In this document: in pieces, positions 28,230 to 36,713 of the stretch | Layout: every line of letters starts with the position of its first letter | How positions within the stretch are numbered: the stretch's first letter is position 1 | IMG/VR virus record: IMGVR_UViG_3300030116_002376 | Coordinates: 1-39,530 of that record | From: a virus | Lineage: Duplodnaviria; Caudoviricetes | DNA: 39,530 bases | Reading direction: 5' to 3' (one strand) | Notes under the pieces: generated by a model | The model's database searches: none | What the model saw: only the letters and a program-made list of their open reading frames with translations | What the model was told of the DNA's origin: nothing | Made by a program: the position numbers and the translations under genes

Positions 28230-30196
28230 TGCTGCGAGTCTTATTCGCAGTTTTTTTACTGCTACCATTACCTTTGTATGCTAATGAAAATAGTACAGAT
28301 ACTACAGATACTTCTACCACTACTACTACTAGCACTACTACTACTACTATCCCAGGAGAAACCGAAGAAGTAGAAACCTTTGATGGTCCACCTCCTGTAG
28401 AAGAAGAGGAAGTTTTAGAGGAAGAGACTACTACAACTACTTCTACTACTACAACAACTGTACCTGAAACCTGGGAACAAGCTACTGACATAGTTTTACC
28501 TGAAGATGAATTAGATACACAAGGTAATGAAGTAGAAAATAATATTGTCATAGATGATATTTGGTCAGGTAAGTATGGATGTACAGATTTTTGTATGAAC
28601 CTTGAATACCAACAACACGGTGGAGATGGTGCTAATTATTCTTTTGATTTGCCTGAAACAATAACAGTAGATGAAGAAGAACTTGAAATAGAAATATACG
28701 AAGTAGGTTTTATTGTAGGTGCAGTAAACAATGAAGGTAGTGTAACTTACACACATACAGATGAAACAACAGAAACAGATACAATATCTGTACAACAATG
28801 GGTATCAGATGAAACTATGTGGGAAGAATATATTTATAACATATACGATACCTTAGATACATTTATTGATTCTTTTACTATTTATCTAAATGATTGGTCT
28901 TTACTAGATGACATATCTTTCAAGTATGTTATGCCTACTACAACTACCACCACTACAACAACTACTACAACTTTGCCACCTCCACCACCTCCACCACCTC
29001 CACCACCACCACCTAAAGTTGTGGTTGTAATGGATGATGGTTCTGAAGCAGAATATGAAACTTATGAAGTAGAAGATGGAACAGTAGAGCGTGACAATGA
29101 GCGTAAAGCTAATGAAGATAAGTTTGGTTGTTATATGACTGATGCACAAATAGAGCGAGGAGATTGTGACATACCTGAAGAAGAACCTGTAGAAGAAGTT
29201 ATAATTGTAGAAGATGAAGAACAATACGATACCGAAAAAGAGTTTTACGAAGATGATGATATGGTACTTGACCTGGAGTCTGAAGATGAAGTGGAAGAAC
29301 TTGAATCTATCAAAGAAGAGGATATTGTTGAAGAGGAGTTTGAGATTGACCTTGAGGAACTTGAAGAAGAGTTTAAATTTGAAGAGGAAGATTTTGAACT
29401 AGAAGAAATAATTATAGTTATTGAGGAAGAGGTTGAAGAAAATGAGTTGGACGAAAAGGTACTTCGAGATGACGACATCGGAGAGAAAGAAATTCAAGAA
29501 GAAGATGTCCAAGACGAAGTTATACAGGAAGTAAAAGTACTTAAAGAAGATATTGTAGAGGAACTTACAGAAGAAGAAGTAGCTTTAGAAGTAGCAGAGA
29601 TAGAAGAAGTTGTAGAAATTCCTATCGTAGAAGAAGATGCAACAGAAGAAGAAGTTGCTGAAGCTATAGAAGAATATGTAGAGGAATTAGAAACAGAAGA
29701 AGTCATAGAAGTTCTTGAAGAGGTCAATGATATTGGTGTGCAGGAACTAGAAAATGTATCAGAAGAAGTACAAGAAGTTATCCAAGCAGTAGTAGAGGAA
29801 GCTATTGAAGACGTAGAAGAACTTACAGAAGAGCAAGTTGCAGTCGTAGCAGAAGTATTACAAGTAGAAGAAGATGATGTTGAGATTATTGCAGAAGCAG
29901 TTAAAGAAGATGAAGTTGTAGCTGAAGCAGTAGAAGAGTATGTAGAGAGAGCAGTAGAAAACTCAGACGTAGAGAATTACACACTCGCTGATGTTGTCAC
30001 AGAAGTAACTTATGAGGCGTTCCTCGAAAATCCTGTAGAAGTTTTTGTTGATTTAGATTTTGAAGACATAAGCATAAGCACAATAGGAGACGATATGACA
30101 CAAGACCAAAAAGAAAAAGCACAAGAAGTGGTAGTCCCAGTTATTCTGACTAGAATAGCTAGTATGGCAGCTTTTGTATTTAGGAGAAGTCTATGA
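28229..30196 (+). CDS. Exported, extremely acidic, Thr/Pro-linker protein with C-terminal membrane anchor (655 aa)
   Basis: Signal peptide MLRVLFAVFLLLPLPLYA, three poly-Thr tracts, poly-Pro, ~300-aa Glu/Val-rich region, hydrophobic C-terminus ending FRRSL. Confidence 0.8.
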   Translation: MLRVLFAVFLLLPLPLYANENSTDTTDTSTTTTTSTTTTTIPGETEEVETFDGPPPVEEEEVLEEETTTTTSTTTTTVPETWEQATDIVLPEDELDTQGNEVENNIVIDDIWSGKYGCTDFCMNLEYQQHGGDGANYSFDLPETITVDEEELEIEIYEVGFIVGAVNNEGSVTYTHTDETTETDTISVQQWVSDETMWEEYIYNIYDTLDTFIDSFTIYLNDWSLLDDISFKYVMPTTTTTTTTTTTTLPPPPPPPPPPPPPKVVVVMDDGSEAEYETYEVEDGTVERDNERKANEDKFGCYMTDAQIERGDCDIPEEEPVEEVIIVEDEEQYDTEKEFYEDDDMVLDLESEDEVEELESIKEEDIVEEEFEIDLEELEEEFKFEEEDFELEEIIIVIEEEVEENELDEKVLRDDDIGEKEIQEEDVQDEVIQEVKVLKEDIVEELTEEEVALEVAEIEEVVEIPIVEEDATEEEVAEAIEEYVEELETEEVIEVLEEVNDIGVQELENVSEEVQEVIQAVVEEAIEDVEELTEEQVAVVAEVLQVEEDDVEIIAEAVKEDEVVAEAVEEYVERAVENSDVENYTLADVVTEVTYEAFLENPVEVFVDLDFEDISISTIGDDMTQDQKEKAQEVVVPVILTRIASMAAFVFRRSL

Positions 30197-30381
30197 TAAA
30201 AAAATTATGGAACTGGTTAGTCCAGGCAATTAAAGAAACACTAAATCTTTCGTGGACTTTAGTGGGTTTAATCATAGCTACTTTGACTTTGACCGGGAGT
30301 GCCAGGCAAATCACGGGGCTTGCCACCGTAATTACATTAGCAATATGGCTATTGACTATAGGATTTAGGAAAGGGGAATAA
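30193..30381 (+). CDS. Small two-TM membrane protein (holin/antiholin-like)
   Basis: Two hydrophobic helices, ATGA overlap, lysis-module context. Confidence 0.65.
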   Translation: MIKKLWNWLVQAIKETLNLSWTLVGLIIATLTLTGSARQITGLATVITLAIWLLTIGFRKGE

Positions 30382-30382
30382 C

Positions 30383-30421
30383 ATGGACTGTTGTGGACAA
30401 GGTTGTTGTGGAGGTAAGTAA
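30383..30421 (+). CDS. 12-aa Cys-rich micro-ORF MDCCGQGCCGGK (not in ORF track)
   Basis: ATG 2 nt after the previous stop, purine-rich AGGAAAGGGG upstream, TAA abuts the ATG at 30422. It fills the gap exactly. Confidence 0.55.
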   Translation: MDCCGQGCCGGK

Positions 30422-31021
30422 ATGAAATTAGATGTTGTAAGAACACAATTCGGGGAGGATGCAACTAACAGCTTATTATTTATTGATGGGGTATTTGAAT
30501 GCTATGGACTCGAAGATGAAGTTAGAGATAAGAAAGTTTATTCAGAGACAGCCATACCTTTAGGGGAATATGAAATTAAATTTAGAACTGTTGGAGGATT
30601 CCATACACGTACTAAGGCTCGCTATGATGCTAAGTATGGAGAAGGTTGGCACCTGGGTATGCTCGAACTACAAGATGTGCCTAACTTTGAATTTATTTTG
30701 GTGCATTCGGGGAATACAGATGAAAGCACGGCAGGTTGTTATCTAGTGGGTAACACACAGCAAGACTTAGATGTAAGCAAAGATGGATTTATTGGCTCTA
30801 GTAGAGTAGCTTACGAAAAAATGTATCCAAAAGTTAGAGATGCTTTAGTTGCAGGAGAAAAAGTAACAATTAAATATTCTAACGTAAATTTAGAACAGCC
30901 GTTATCTAATAAGTCAGGACCTGAATACATGAATCCATCTGATGTACATGAAAAATTACAAGAGATAAGTGGAGAGATTCAAGTTTTGACTGCTATGCTT
31001 AAAGGTAGAATAATAAATTAG
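30422..31021 (+). CDS. Putative endolysin, DUF5675-like (His/Cys peptidase, YkuD-related)
   Basis: CYGLED, TAIPLGEY, LQDVPNF..ILVHSGN....TAGCYLVG. Directly upstream of the holin. Confidence 0.75.
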   Translation: MKLDVVRTQFGEDATNSLLFIDGVFECYGLEDEVRDKKVYSETAIPLGEYEIKFRTVGGFHTRTKARYDAKYGEGWHLGMLELQDVPNFEFILVHSGNTDESTAGCYLVGNTQQDLDVSKDGFIGSSRVAYEKMYPKVRDALVAGEKVTIKYSNVNLEQPLSNKSGPEYMNPSDVHEKLQEISGEIQVLTAMLKGRIIN

Positions 31022-31031
31022 GAGATTATAA

Positions 31032-31241
31032 ATGAGTGCAGACCTTAAAGACATGCTAGAACGTACCGGATGGACTTTTATTGAAGCCTTTATCGGGGCG
31101 TTAACAGTTGCTCCCTTGGTCGGGGTTGACGCAGAAGTTATACAACTTGCTGCTCTTGCCGGTGGTGGTGCAGCTTTAGCAGTAGTTAAGACCTATGCTA
31201 AAAAACAAATCGGTGGAAACTCAGCATCAGTCAGTAAATAA
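31032..31241 (+). CDS. Holin, r1t-like
   Basis: LERTGWTFIEAF matches the ERA..TF.Q family pattern. Two TM segments, basic C-terminus, AGGAG SD. Confidence 0.72.
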   Translation: MSADLKDMLERTGWTFIEAFIGALTVAPLVGVDAEVIQLAALAGGGAALAVVKTYAKKQIGGNSASVSK

Positions 31242-31309
31242 TTTAATTAAATACACGGTTTCTACGTAAACCCCTATAGACTGTCAGTAACAGGGCTAAA
31301 GGAGGTTTT

Positions 31310-32488
31310 ATGCCTAAGAAAAAAAAGCTATCCTCAGAAGAGTTAGGTAATAACTTTTATAAATCAGGGTGGCAACCAGGTTATGAAATAGATGAAGTAA
31401 CTGGTTTAGGAGAAATCACACACGTTGGAAACGACCCCAACTATCAATCAAAGTATGATGAGATATTAAAAGAATGGGGTTTCAATCCTGACCACTATGA
31501 AATAGATGGTCAAGTTCGTGCCAGTTCATGGCAGACACAACTGAAAGGTGGCAGGGTAGAAACATTCTATGCTTTCAAAGGTCTTGTCCGTAAAAAGAAA
31601 CCAGGACACGACAAATATTTCAAAGAACTATTTAAGAAAGCCAGTAAGAAAGTACCTGTCAAAAAGTATGACAAAGGTGGAGACACAGCATTTATGTTCT
31701 TTTGTTCTGACTGGCAGTTAGGAAAAAAAGATTACGGTGTTGAAAACACTATCAAAAGATATGACATTGCTTTACAAGATGCAGTGCAAAGAATCAAAGA
31801 GCTGCGTAAAACAAACGTAGAGATAGATGAAATATACATAGCAGGAATGGGAGACCTTACAGAAAACTGTTATGGATTCTATGACTCGCAGGCATTTAAC
31901 ATTGAGCTTACATTAGTAGAACAATACGCACTAGCTAGAAGTATGCTTATGAAAACTATTGATACATTTTTACCACTTGCAAATCGTATTGTACTTTGTG
32001 GTGTTCCTGGTAATCATGGCGAAACTTCTAGGTCAACTAAAGGACAAGTCACAACTAACAGACTAGACAACTCAGATACAATGCACTTGCAAATATGTAA
32101 AGAGATTATGTCTGCTAACCCTGAAAGGTATGGACACGTAGAAGTAAATATACCGGAGGGTTTCCATCAGAACATTACCGTCAAAGGTAAGACTGTTGCT
32201 ATGACACATGGACACATGAGTTCAGGTGGAGGTAACGCAGAAGCAAAGATAGAGTCGTGGTGGAAAGGTCAGATGTATGGATTCTTACCACCAGGAGATG
32301 CTGAGATACTTGTGACTGCTCACTATCATCATTTTAGAAGTAAGCAGCAGGGAGATAGAACTTGGTTTCAATGTCCTAGCTTAGATAAGTCTATTGATTT
32401 TACTGCTAGAACTGGTATGTGGTCCCACCCTGGAGTGCTTACCTTTACGATTAGTAATAAAGGATGGGACAACCTTAAGATATTATGA
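31310..32488 (+). CDS. Calcineurin-like metallophosphoesterase (Mre11/SbcD-like)
   Basis: SDWQLG, GDLTE, PGNHG, THGH and AHYHH motifs in canonical order. AAGGAGG SD. Confidence 0.88.
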   Translation: MPKKKKLSSEELGNNFYKSGWQPGYEIDEVTGLGEITHVGNDPNYQSKYDEILKEWGFNPDHYEIDGQVRASSWQTQLKGGRVETFYAFKGLVRKKKPGHDKYFKELFKKASKKVPVKKYDKGGDTAFMFFCSDWQLGKKDYGVENTIKRYDIALQDAVQRIKELRKTNVEIDEIYIAGMGDLTENCYGFYDSQAFNIELTLVEQYALARSMLMKTIDTFLPLANRIVLCGVPGNHGETSRSTKGQVTTNRLDNSDTMHLQICKEIMSANPERYGHVEVNIPEGFHQNITVKGKTVAMTHGHMSSGGGNAEAKIESWWKGQMYGFLPPGDAEILVTAHYHHFRSKQQGDRTWFQCPSLDKSIDFTARTGMWSHPGVLTFTISNKGWDNLKIL

Positions 32489-32752
32489 ACAGTATTGAGC
32501 AGCTTGATATTCTTTTATAGTATTTTGATAACGTAGTTTGGCTTTGTTGTAATCGTCAACATTTTTGTCAGGAAACAAAACATAATCTTGTAGCTCTACA
32601 TTAATACCGAAATCATAATACTTAGCTTGATTATATTTAGCTTTGTTTTGATTACACCTCTCGCAATACATAAACCAGTTGTGCCATTTCTTTTTATAAG
32701 CTGCATTTGGATTACCAAAGTCTTTACCTTTGACTGTAAATTTATGTCTCAT
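32483..32752 (-). CDS. Hypothetical basic protein with CxxC (89 aa)
   Basis: TAATG-coupled to the upstream gene, AGGAG SD, converges on the phosphoesterase stop. Confidence 0.65.
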   Translation of the reverse strand: MRHKFTVKGKDFGNPNAAYKKKWHNWFMYCERCNQNKAKYNQAKYYDFGINVELQDYVLFPDKNVDDYNKAKLRYQNTIKEYQAAQYCS

Positions 32753-33168
32753 TAAACACTCTCCTTTTGTTTTTTGATTTCAGCTTGTACTTCTTGCAAA
32801 ACTTGAATTGCAAAATCAATATCTTTAACAAGCAAACTTAAATCTTCTCTGTTGCGTCTTACTGATAGTTTGACAAATGGATAGTTTGTGTCTCCTGTAA
32901 ATAAATCATGTGATTCAAGAACATCAGAATAATTACCTCGCAAATCCCAAATAGAAATTGTATCTTCATTTCTTTCAATGGTATGACCATGTAATTTATC
33001 TTTGTTTATTTGTCTAGCAATTCTGACACTAGCTAATTCTTTTTCAGTTCCTAATTTTAATTTGTACTTTTTATAATACATCGCATAAAACTTTCCATGG
33101 AACTTAGGATGTTTTGCTAACAACTTGTTAGCTAGTGTGTCTTTTGTTATTGATTTATGTTTAGGCAT
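32752..33168 (-). CDS. Hypothetical basic protein (138 aa)
   Basis: AAACAAAGGAG SD and its own copy of the repeated promoter. Confidence 0.75.
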   Translation of the reverse strand: MPKHKSITKDTLANKLLAKHPKFHGKFYAMYYKKYKLKLGTEKELASVRIARQINKDKLHGHTIERNEDTISIWDLRGNYSDVLESHDLFTGDTNYPFVKLSVRRNREDLSLLVKDIDFAIQVLQEVQAEIKKQKESV

Positions 33169-33198
33169 ATTTTACTCCTTTGTTTTTATGCTTACGAT

Positions 33199-33230
33199 AC
33201 TTAGACTCTTTTGGTTTCAAAAAGGTTACA
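33199..33230 (-). promoter_or_regulatory. Repeated early promoter motif, copy 1: TGTAACC-N16-AGTCTAAGT
   Basis: On + strand ACTTAGACT 33199-33207, 16 nt, GGTTACA 33224-33230. Confidence 0.8.
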
Positions 33231-33270
<40 letters not shown>

Positions 33271-33271
33271 A

Positions 33272-33577
33272 TTAGTTCGTAAGGTCTAAGTTATACATCG
33301 TATATCTAAGGGTAAGTTCTTCTCCTGGTTCAATATCTTTTGCTGCAGTTAGATACTTGTAACCATCCATATCAACTGTCTTACAATTAGGTGTCTCATC
33401 GTGATTTACAAAACCACCTAAAGGAGTTCTAATATATCTGTTAGGAAATCTACTGTCTTCCACATGTGATATTCCTAAATTTTGTCCTTTGTTTATATAT
33501 GTGACACAGAACAAACCTAATCCGTCTATGTCTGACACTTTAATTGTTACGCAATCCGGTAACGGTTTATAGTGCAT
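33272..33577 (-). CDS. Minimal SET-domain protein lysine methyltransferase
   Basis: SDIDGLGLF, FVNHDETPNC and KDIEPGEELTLRY are the three SET signature motifs. Confidence 0.9.
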   Translation of the reverse strand: MHYKPLPDCVTIKVSDIDGLGLFCVTYINKGQNLGISHVEDSRFPNRYIRTPLGGFVNHDETPNCKTVDMDGYKYLTAAKDIEPGEELTLRYTMYNLDLTN

Positions 33578-34544
33578 TCTTTAGTTTGTTTATCCAATCA
33601 CTACAAGATACTTTACCTGTATTGTCTGAGTTCAAGTATTGTTTTGCCTCGGCTGCAAGTGCGTCAAGTCCTTTGTCAATTGCTTGATTAATCAAACCCT
33701 CTAAGAAATTTTTTTGTGCTTCTGTCATAGGGTCTGCTTCTTTACCTGCTTTCCAATCATCGTTACTAAAGTCCATGTCTTTCTCCTTATCTGTTATCTC
33801 TGTAACGTTATCAAGATTCTCAATAATCCTATTTACAACAGGCTCATTGTTCTTTCTCTCTTCAAACGTTTCCTTGTTCTTATCTATGTACGAATCAACT
33901 AAATCTAAAAATGTTTTTATGTCTGCATCTTCCCATTTAGTTATATCATCTTTTTTTGTTTTAATTACTGCCCTGTTGTAACAATCTTTGTAACATCTAG
34001 CTGCAAAGTTTTTGTCATCGTTACAACTTACTAGCACCATTTCTTTTAACTGATTCACAGTAATTCTTGGTTTAGAATGGGATGTCCCAGTCTCTTGTGC
34101 TACTTTTTTTTTAGGTTCTTCTTGTACAGGTGCAGCACCAATATTGTATTCCTCTTCGCTCATGTCTTGTTCCCATAACTCAAGACCGATACCAAGTCTC
34201 ATGCAACACCTTTTAAGTGCATCTGATTCTGCATCTTTAATAAGTTCGCCCTCAGATTTTTTACCGTTTAAGAATTGGTTTATAGCTGACGGCTCTACGT
34301 CTCCTACGTGAGTGACACTTTTACCGTCTACTACCAATGTACATCTTGCACCTATGACGTGTCCTGCTTGTCCTTTAATGACTTCGACAGTATCAAAACT
34401 GTCAAACAATCCACTCTCCACCAGTCTCCTTGTATAGATATGGTGTGGTACGTAGTCTCCAAATCCTGCAGGATTCTTTTTGACTACTGATTTAGCAAAT
34501 GGTTTTTTTAAATCATCCCATTTCTTTTTCTTGCTCTCGCTCAT
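33567..34544 (-). CDS. Rad52/Sak-family single-strand annealing protein
   Basis: LKKPF...YVPHH...RL, CTLVVDG, IKDAESDALKRCCMRLGIGLELW. C-terminal PMTEAQKNFL domain. Confidence 0.85.
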   Translation of the reverse strand: MSESKKKKWDDLKKPFAKSVVKKNPAGFGDYVPHHIYTRRLVESGLFDSFDTVEVIKGQAGHVIGARCTLVVDGKSVTHVGDVEPSAINQFLNGKKSEGELIKDAESDALKRCCMRLGIGLELWEQDMSEEEYNIGAAPVQEEPKKKVAQETGTSHSKPRITVNQLKEMVLVSCNDDKNFAARCYKDCYNRAVIKTKKDDITKWEDADIKTFLDLVDSYIDKNKETFEERKNNEPVVNRIIENLDNVTEITDKEKDMDFSNDDWKAGKEADPMTEAQKNFLEGLINQAIDKGLDALAAEAKQYLNSDNTGKVSCSDWINKLKNAL

Positions 34545-34748
34545 TTATTCTCCTTTGTTTAGAATTATGTAGACACGTTGCCTACTAATGTTCGCAGCTT
34601 TACTAATCGTCATAACTGAATGACCCTCCACTAAACATTCTTTTATTAGTTTAGTTCTACGGTCTGACAGTTCTTGTAACTCATCTCTCTTTGAGTTCAT
34701 AAGAACTTGATTGAATTGTAGGTCCTGCATTTTACTCATCAGGCTCAT
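34545..34748 (-). CDS. Small helix-turn-helix regulator
   Basis: GHSVMTISKAANISRQRVYIIL is a classic HTH, preceded by a coiled coil. Confidence 0.8.
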   Translation of the reverse strand: MSLMSKMQDLQFNQVLMNSKRDELQELSDRRTKLIKECLVEGHSVMTISKAANISRQRVYIILNKGE

Positions 34749-34965
34749 ACCATTCTTGTATGTTTCCAGGTCTTGTTCTAAGTCCTGTATTAAGATTTAT
34801 AATTTCATACATGTCTTTGTACTCTTCCATATTATATTTTCTTAAATCAGTAATCGTCATACCAAATCCCTCTAATACGTCTCTCAGTATACGCAACGCA
34901 CTAATCATAAAACCTACAAGCAAAACAATTATTATGCTCGCTGCGATTAGTAATTGCATTTCCAT
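34732..34965 (-). CDS. Small membrane-anchored protein (77 aa)
   Basis: N-terminal TM LLIAASIIIVLLVGFMISAL, GAGGAATAATG coupling. Confidence 0.7.
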   Translation of the reverse strand: MEMQLLIAASIIIVLLVGFMISALRILRDVLEGFGMTITDLRKYNMEEYKDMYEIINLNTGLRTRPGNIQEWYEPDE

Positions 34966-35228
34966 TATTCCTCTTCCTTATATGCCTCGTTCTCAACCGT
35001 GTCAGGATTGTCTGCAACGTACTGTCCCTTTTCATTTCTAGCACGTACTAACTCTCCGTCCTCATCTACTTCTAATCTTTGTACAACAACAGGCATTGTT
35101 GCAGTTAAAGATGTAAGTACTACTTCGTTCTTAACACGAATCACATTAGCCTGAAAGACTTGTTTGTCATCCACTTTAATGTCTAGCATTTCTCCTATTA
35201 AGTTTTCCATTGTTTTATCTTCTGTCAT
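34965..35228 (-). CDS. Hypothetical protein with C-terminal RARNEKGQYVADNPDT..NEAY motif
   Basis: ATGA and TAATG overlaps with both neighbours. Confidence 0.75.
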   Translation of the reverse strand: MTEDKTMENLIGEMLDIKVDDKQVFQANVIRVKNEVVLTSLTATMPVVVQRLEVDEDGELVRARNEKGQYVADNPDTVENEAYKEEE

Positions 35229-35437
35229 TCTTCCTCTGCTTTCTCTCTTAACTCGTTCATAGTTTGCATGTTGAAATTAAAATCAATTACAAATTGTTCA
35301 ACCAACCTATCAATCTTATGAACATCATATTTATTTAACTTGATACTTGATTGTGAAACTTCTTGTCCACCACAAGCATTTGCTAGATTTATAGCCCATT
35401 TTTTTAGTACCTTAGGCTCACTAAATAAATTAGCCAT
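35225..35437 (-). CDS. Hypothetical protein (70 aa)
   Basis: AAGGAG SD, overlaps the next gene. Confidence 0.7.
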   Translation of the reverse strand: MANLFSEPKVLKKWAINLANACGGQEVSQSSIKLNKYDVHKIDRLVEQFVIDFNFNMQTMNELREKAEEE

Positions 35438-35466
35438 TACTCTCCTTTTCCTATATTGTTTGCTAT

Positions 35467-35652
35467 CTATACAACAACAGTAGAGGTGGTCGTAAACTTA
35501 ACGACATAACGTCCTGGTTCGTCTTTCAGTTCTCTTACCTGCTCGCCTGCTTTGACGAGAGAATCGAACTCCCAGGAACGTTCCTCATTACTGTATATAT
35601 CTATAGCCGTAACTATATACATCATATCTTTTATGTTACTATATATTGTCAT
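35467..35652 (-). CDS. Hypothetical protein (up to 61 aa, start uncertain)
   Basis: Fills a gap in the co-oriented early gene chain. No clear SD. Confidence 0.55.
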   Translation of the reverse strand: MTIYSNIKDMMYIVTAIDIYSNEERSWEFDSLVKAGEQVRELKDEPGRYVVKFTTTSTVVV

Positions 35653-35665
35653 GCTTTGTAAACAA

Positions 35666-35950
35666 TTATTGAACTAACTTCAATTGATTGTTTGTCTCCT
35701 CATCAGGCATAGACAATAGGTAATAAACATAGTGTCCTTTTTCTTTTCCTTGCACTGTTGCTATGTCCCAACCCTCATCTCTAAGATTGTGCAGCAGTCC
35801 TCCGAATCTTGTACATCGTAACTCAAAGACAAACTCTCCATTGCTTATTGGCTTGTCGTCTCTAAATGTTACCAATGCCCAGGCAATCAAATCTTTTTTG
35901 GATTTAACGTGCCAAGGAACTGTTCTATTTCTAAATGATTTTACAATCAC
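35666..35950 (-). CDS. Winged-helix DNA-binding protein (HTH_39-like)
   Basis: TRFGGLLHNLRDEGWDIAT...YYL resembles the R..A.I..LR..G..I.T pattern. AGGAGG SD with GTG start. Confidence 0.65.
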   Translation of the reverse strand: MIVKSFRNRTVPWHVKSKKDLIAWALVTFRDDKPISNGEFVFELRCTRFGGLLHNLRDEGWDIATVQGKEKGHYVYYLLSMPDEETNNQLKLVQ

Positions 35951-36149
35951 TTTTCCTCCTTACTACAAAAATATCGCTTTCTCCAATGTTGCTTTCCATA
36001 TCAACCCAAGTAAAGCTACACCAATAATTTGTAGTCCTATATTTGATTAGCCAATAAATTAATGTTGGTAAGTTATACCACTTAATAAATGTGTCGTATG
36101 GTAAGCCAACAGTATCATCAGTTCTAATTATCCACCAATACTTATTCAC
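35931..36149 (-). CDS. Hypothetical Trp-rich protein (72 aa)
   Basis: GGAGG SD, GTGA overlap with the upstream micro-ORF. Confidence 0.6.
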   Translation of the reverse strand: MNKYWWIIRTDDTVGLPYDTFIKWYNLPTLIYWLIKYRTTNYWCSFTWVDMESNIGESDIFVVRRKSDCKII

Positions 36150-36262
36150 TCTTCCTCCTGTATCTCTTGTATCCTTGCGTCAGTTAACATATCGATAACT
36201 AAGTCAGGATTACTTTTATAGTCCCTGTTCTTAAATTTTATCCAGTATGTTTTGTTGTCCAT
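36146..36262 (-). CDS. 38-aa ORF MDNKTYWIKFKNRDYKSNPDLVIDMLTDARIQEIQEEE (not in ORF track)
   Basis: TAATG overlap upstream and GTGA overlap downstream. Fills the gap exactly. Confidence 0.7.
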   Translation of the reverse strand: MDNKTYWIKFKNRDYKSNPDLVIDMLTDARIQEIQEEE

Positions 36263-36576
36263 TAGAACGGTGGCTCTGTACTTGCACCGTCAATGGCTGC
36301 TTGTTCTGCTAGGTCTGCTCTTTCAACTTCTTTATACAGAACTCTTAACTCTCTAAGCTGCTGCATTAATACCATGCGTGTTACATCGTATCGTGCATAC
36401 CTTAAGTCGCTCCACCATTTGATACTGCTTTTCTTTTCTTTGTTTATTATTGACAACTCGTCCTCAATTCTTTCAGTCAAGTGTTCAATAATGTCGTATG
36501 CGTCAGGGCATCGCCTAAATATAGATTTCATATTTTCTCCTTCGTTTTCATTAAGTTCAATAAGTTCCCAAGCCAT
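36262..36576 (-). CDS. Hypothetical helical protein ending in STEPPF (104 aa)
   Basis: GGAG SD, TAATG coupling at both ends. Confidence 0.7.
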   Translation of the reverse strand: MAWELIELNENEGENMKSIFRRCPDAYDIIEHLTERIEDELSIINKEKKSSIKWWSDLRYARYDVTRMVLMQQLRELRVLYKEVERADLAEQAAIDGASTEPPF

Positions 36577-36713
36577 TACTCTTGCTCCCTTACTTTCTTA
36601 TTGTATTGTTCCTCTAACTGTTCTGCATGTAGCTTTAGTCCATAAGTCTGATGGTTCTTTTGTGTCCCACCTTTCTTATTAGATGCTAGCCTGCGTCTTG
36701 TTGCTCTATTCAT
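36576..36713 (-). CDS. 45-aa basic ORF MNRATRRRLASNKKGG...REQE (not in ORF track)
   Basis: ATGA overlap upstream and TAATG downstream. MNR..RR N-terminus is common in small phage proteins. Confidence 0.7.
   Translation of the reverse strand: MNRATRRRLASNKKGGTQKNHQTYGLKLHAEQLEEQYNKKVREQE

Noticed and set aside
2255-30464. Numerous antisense ORFs over the structural genes, and + strand ORFs over the early genes
   Set aside because: Fully overlapped by well-supported genes. Their Ser/Phe/Leu-rich translations are the expected mirror of biased codon usage.
35557-35585. T-arm-like hairpin GGGAG-TTCGATT-CTCTC on the - strand next to the palindrome AGGAACGTTCCT
   Set aside because: No acceptor stem, D arm or anticodon arm can be built, it lies inside an ORF, and no integrase is present to suggest an attP. 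No tRNA gene was found in the window.
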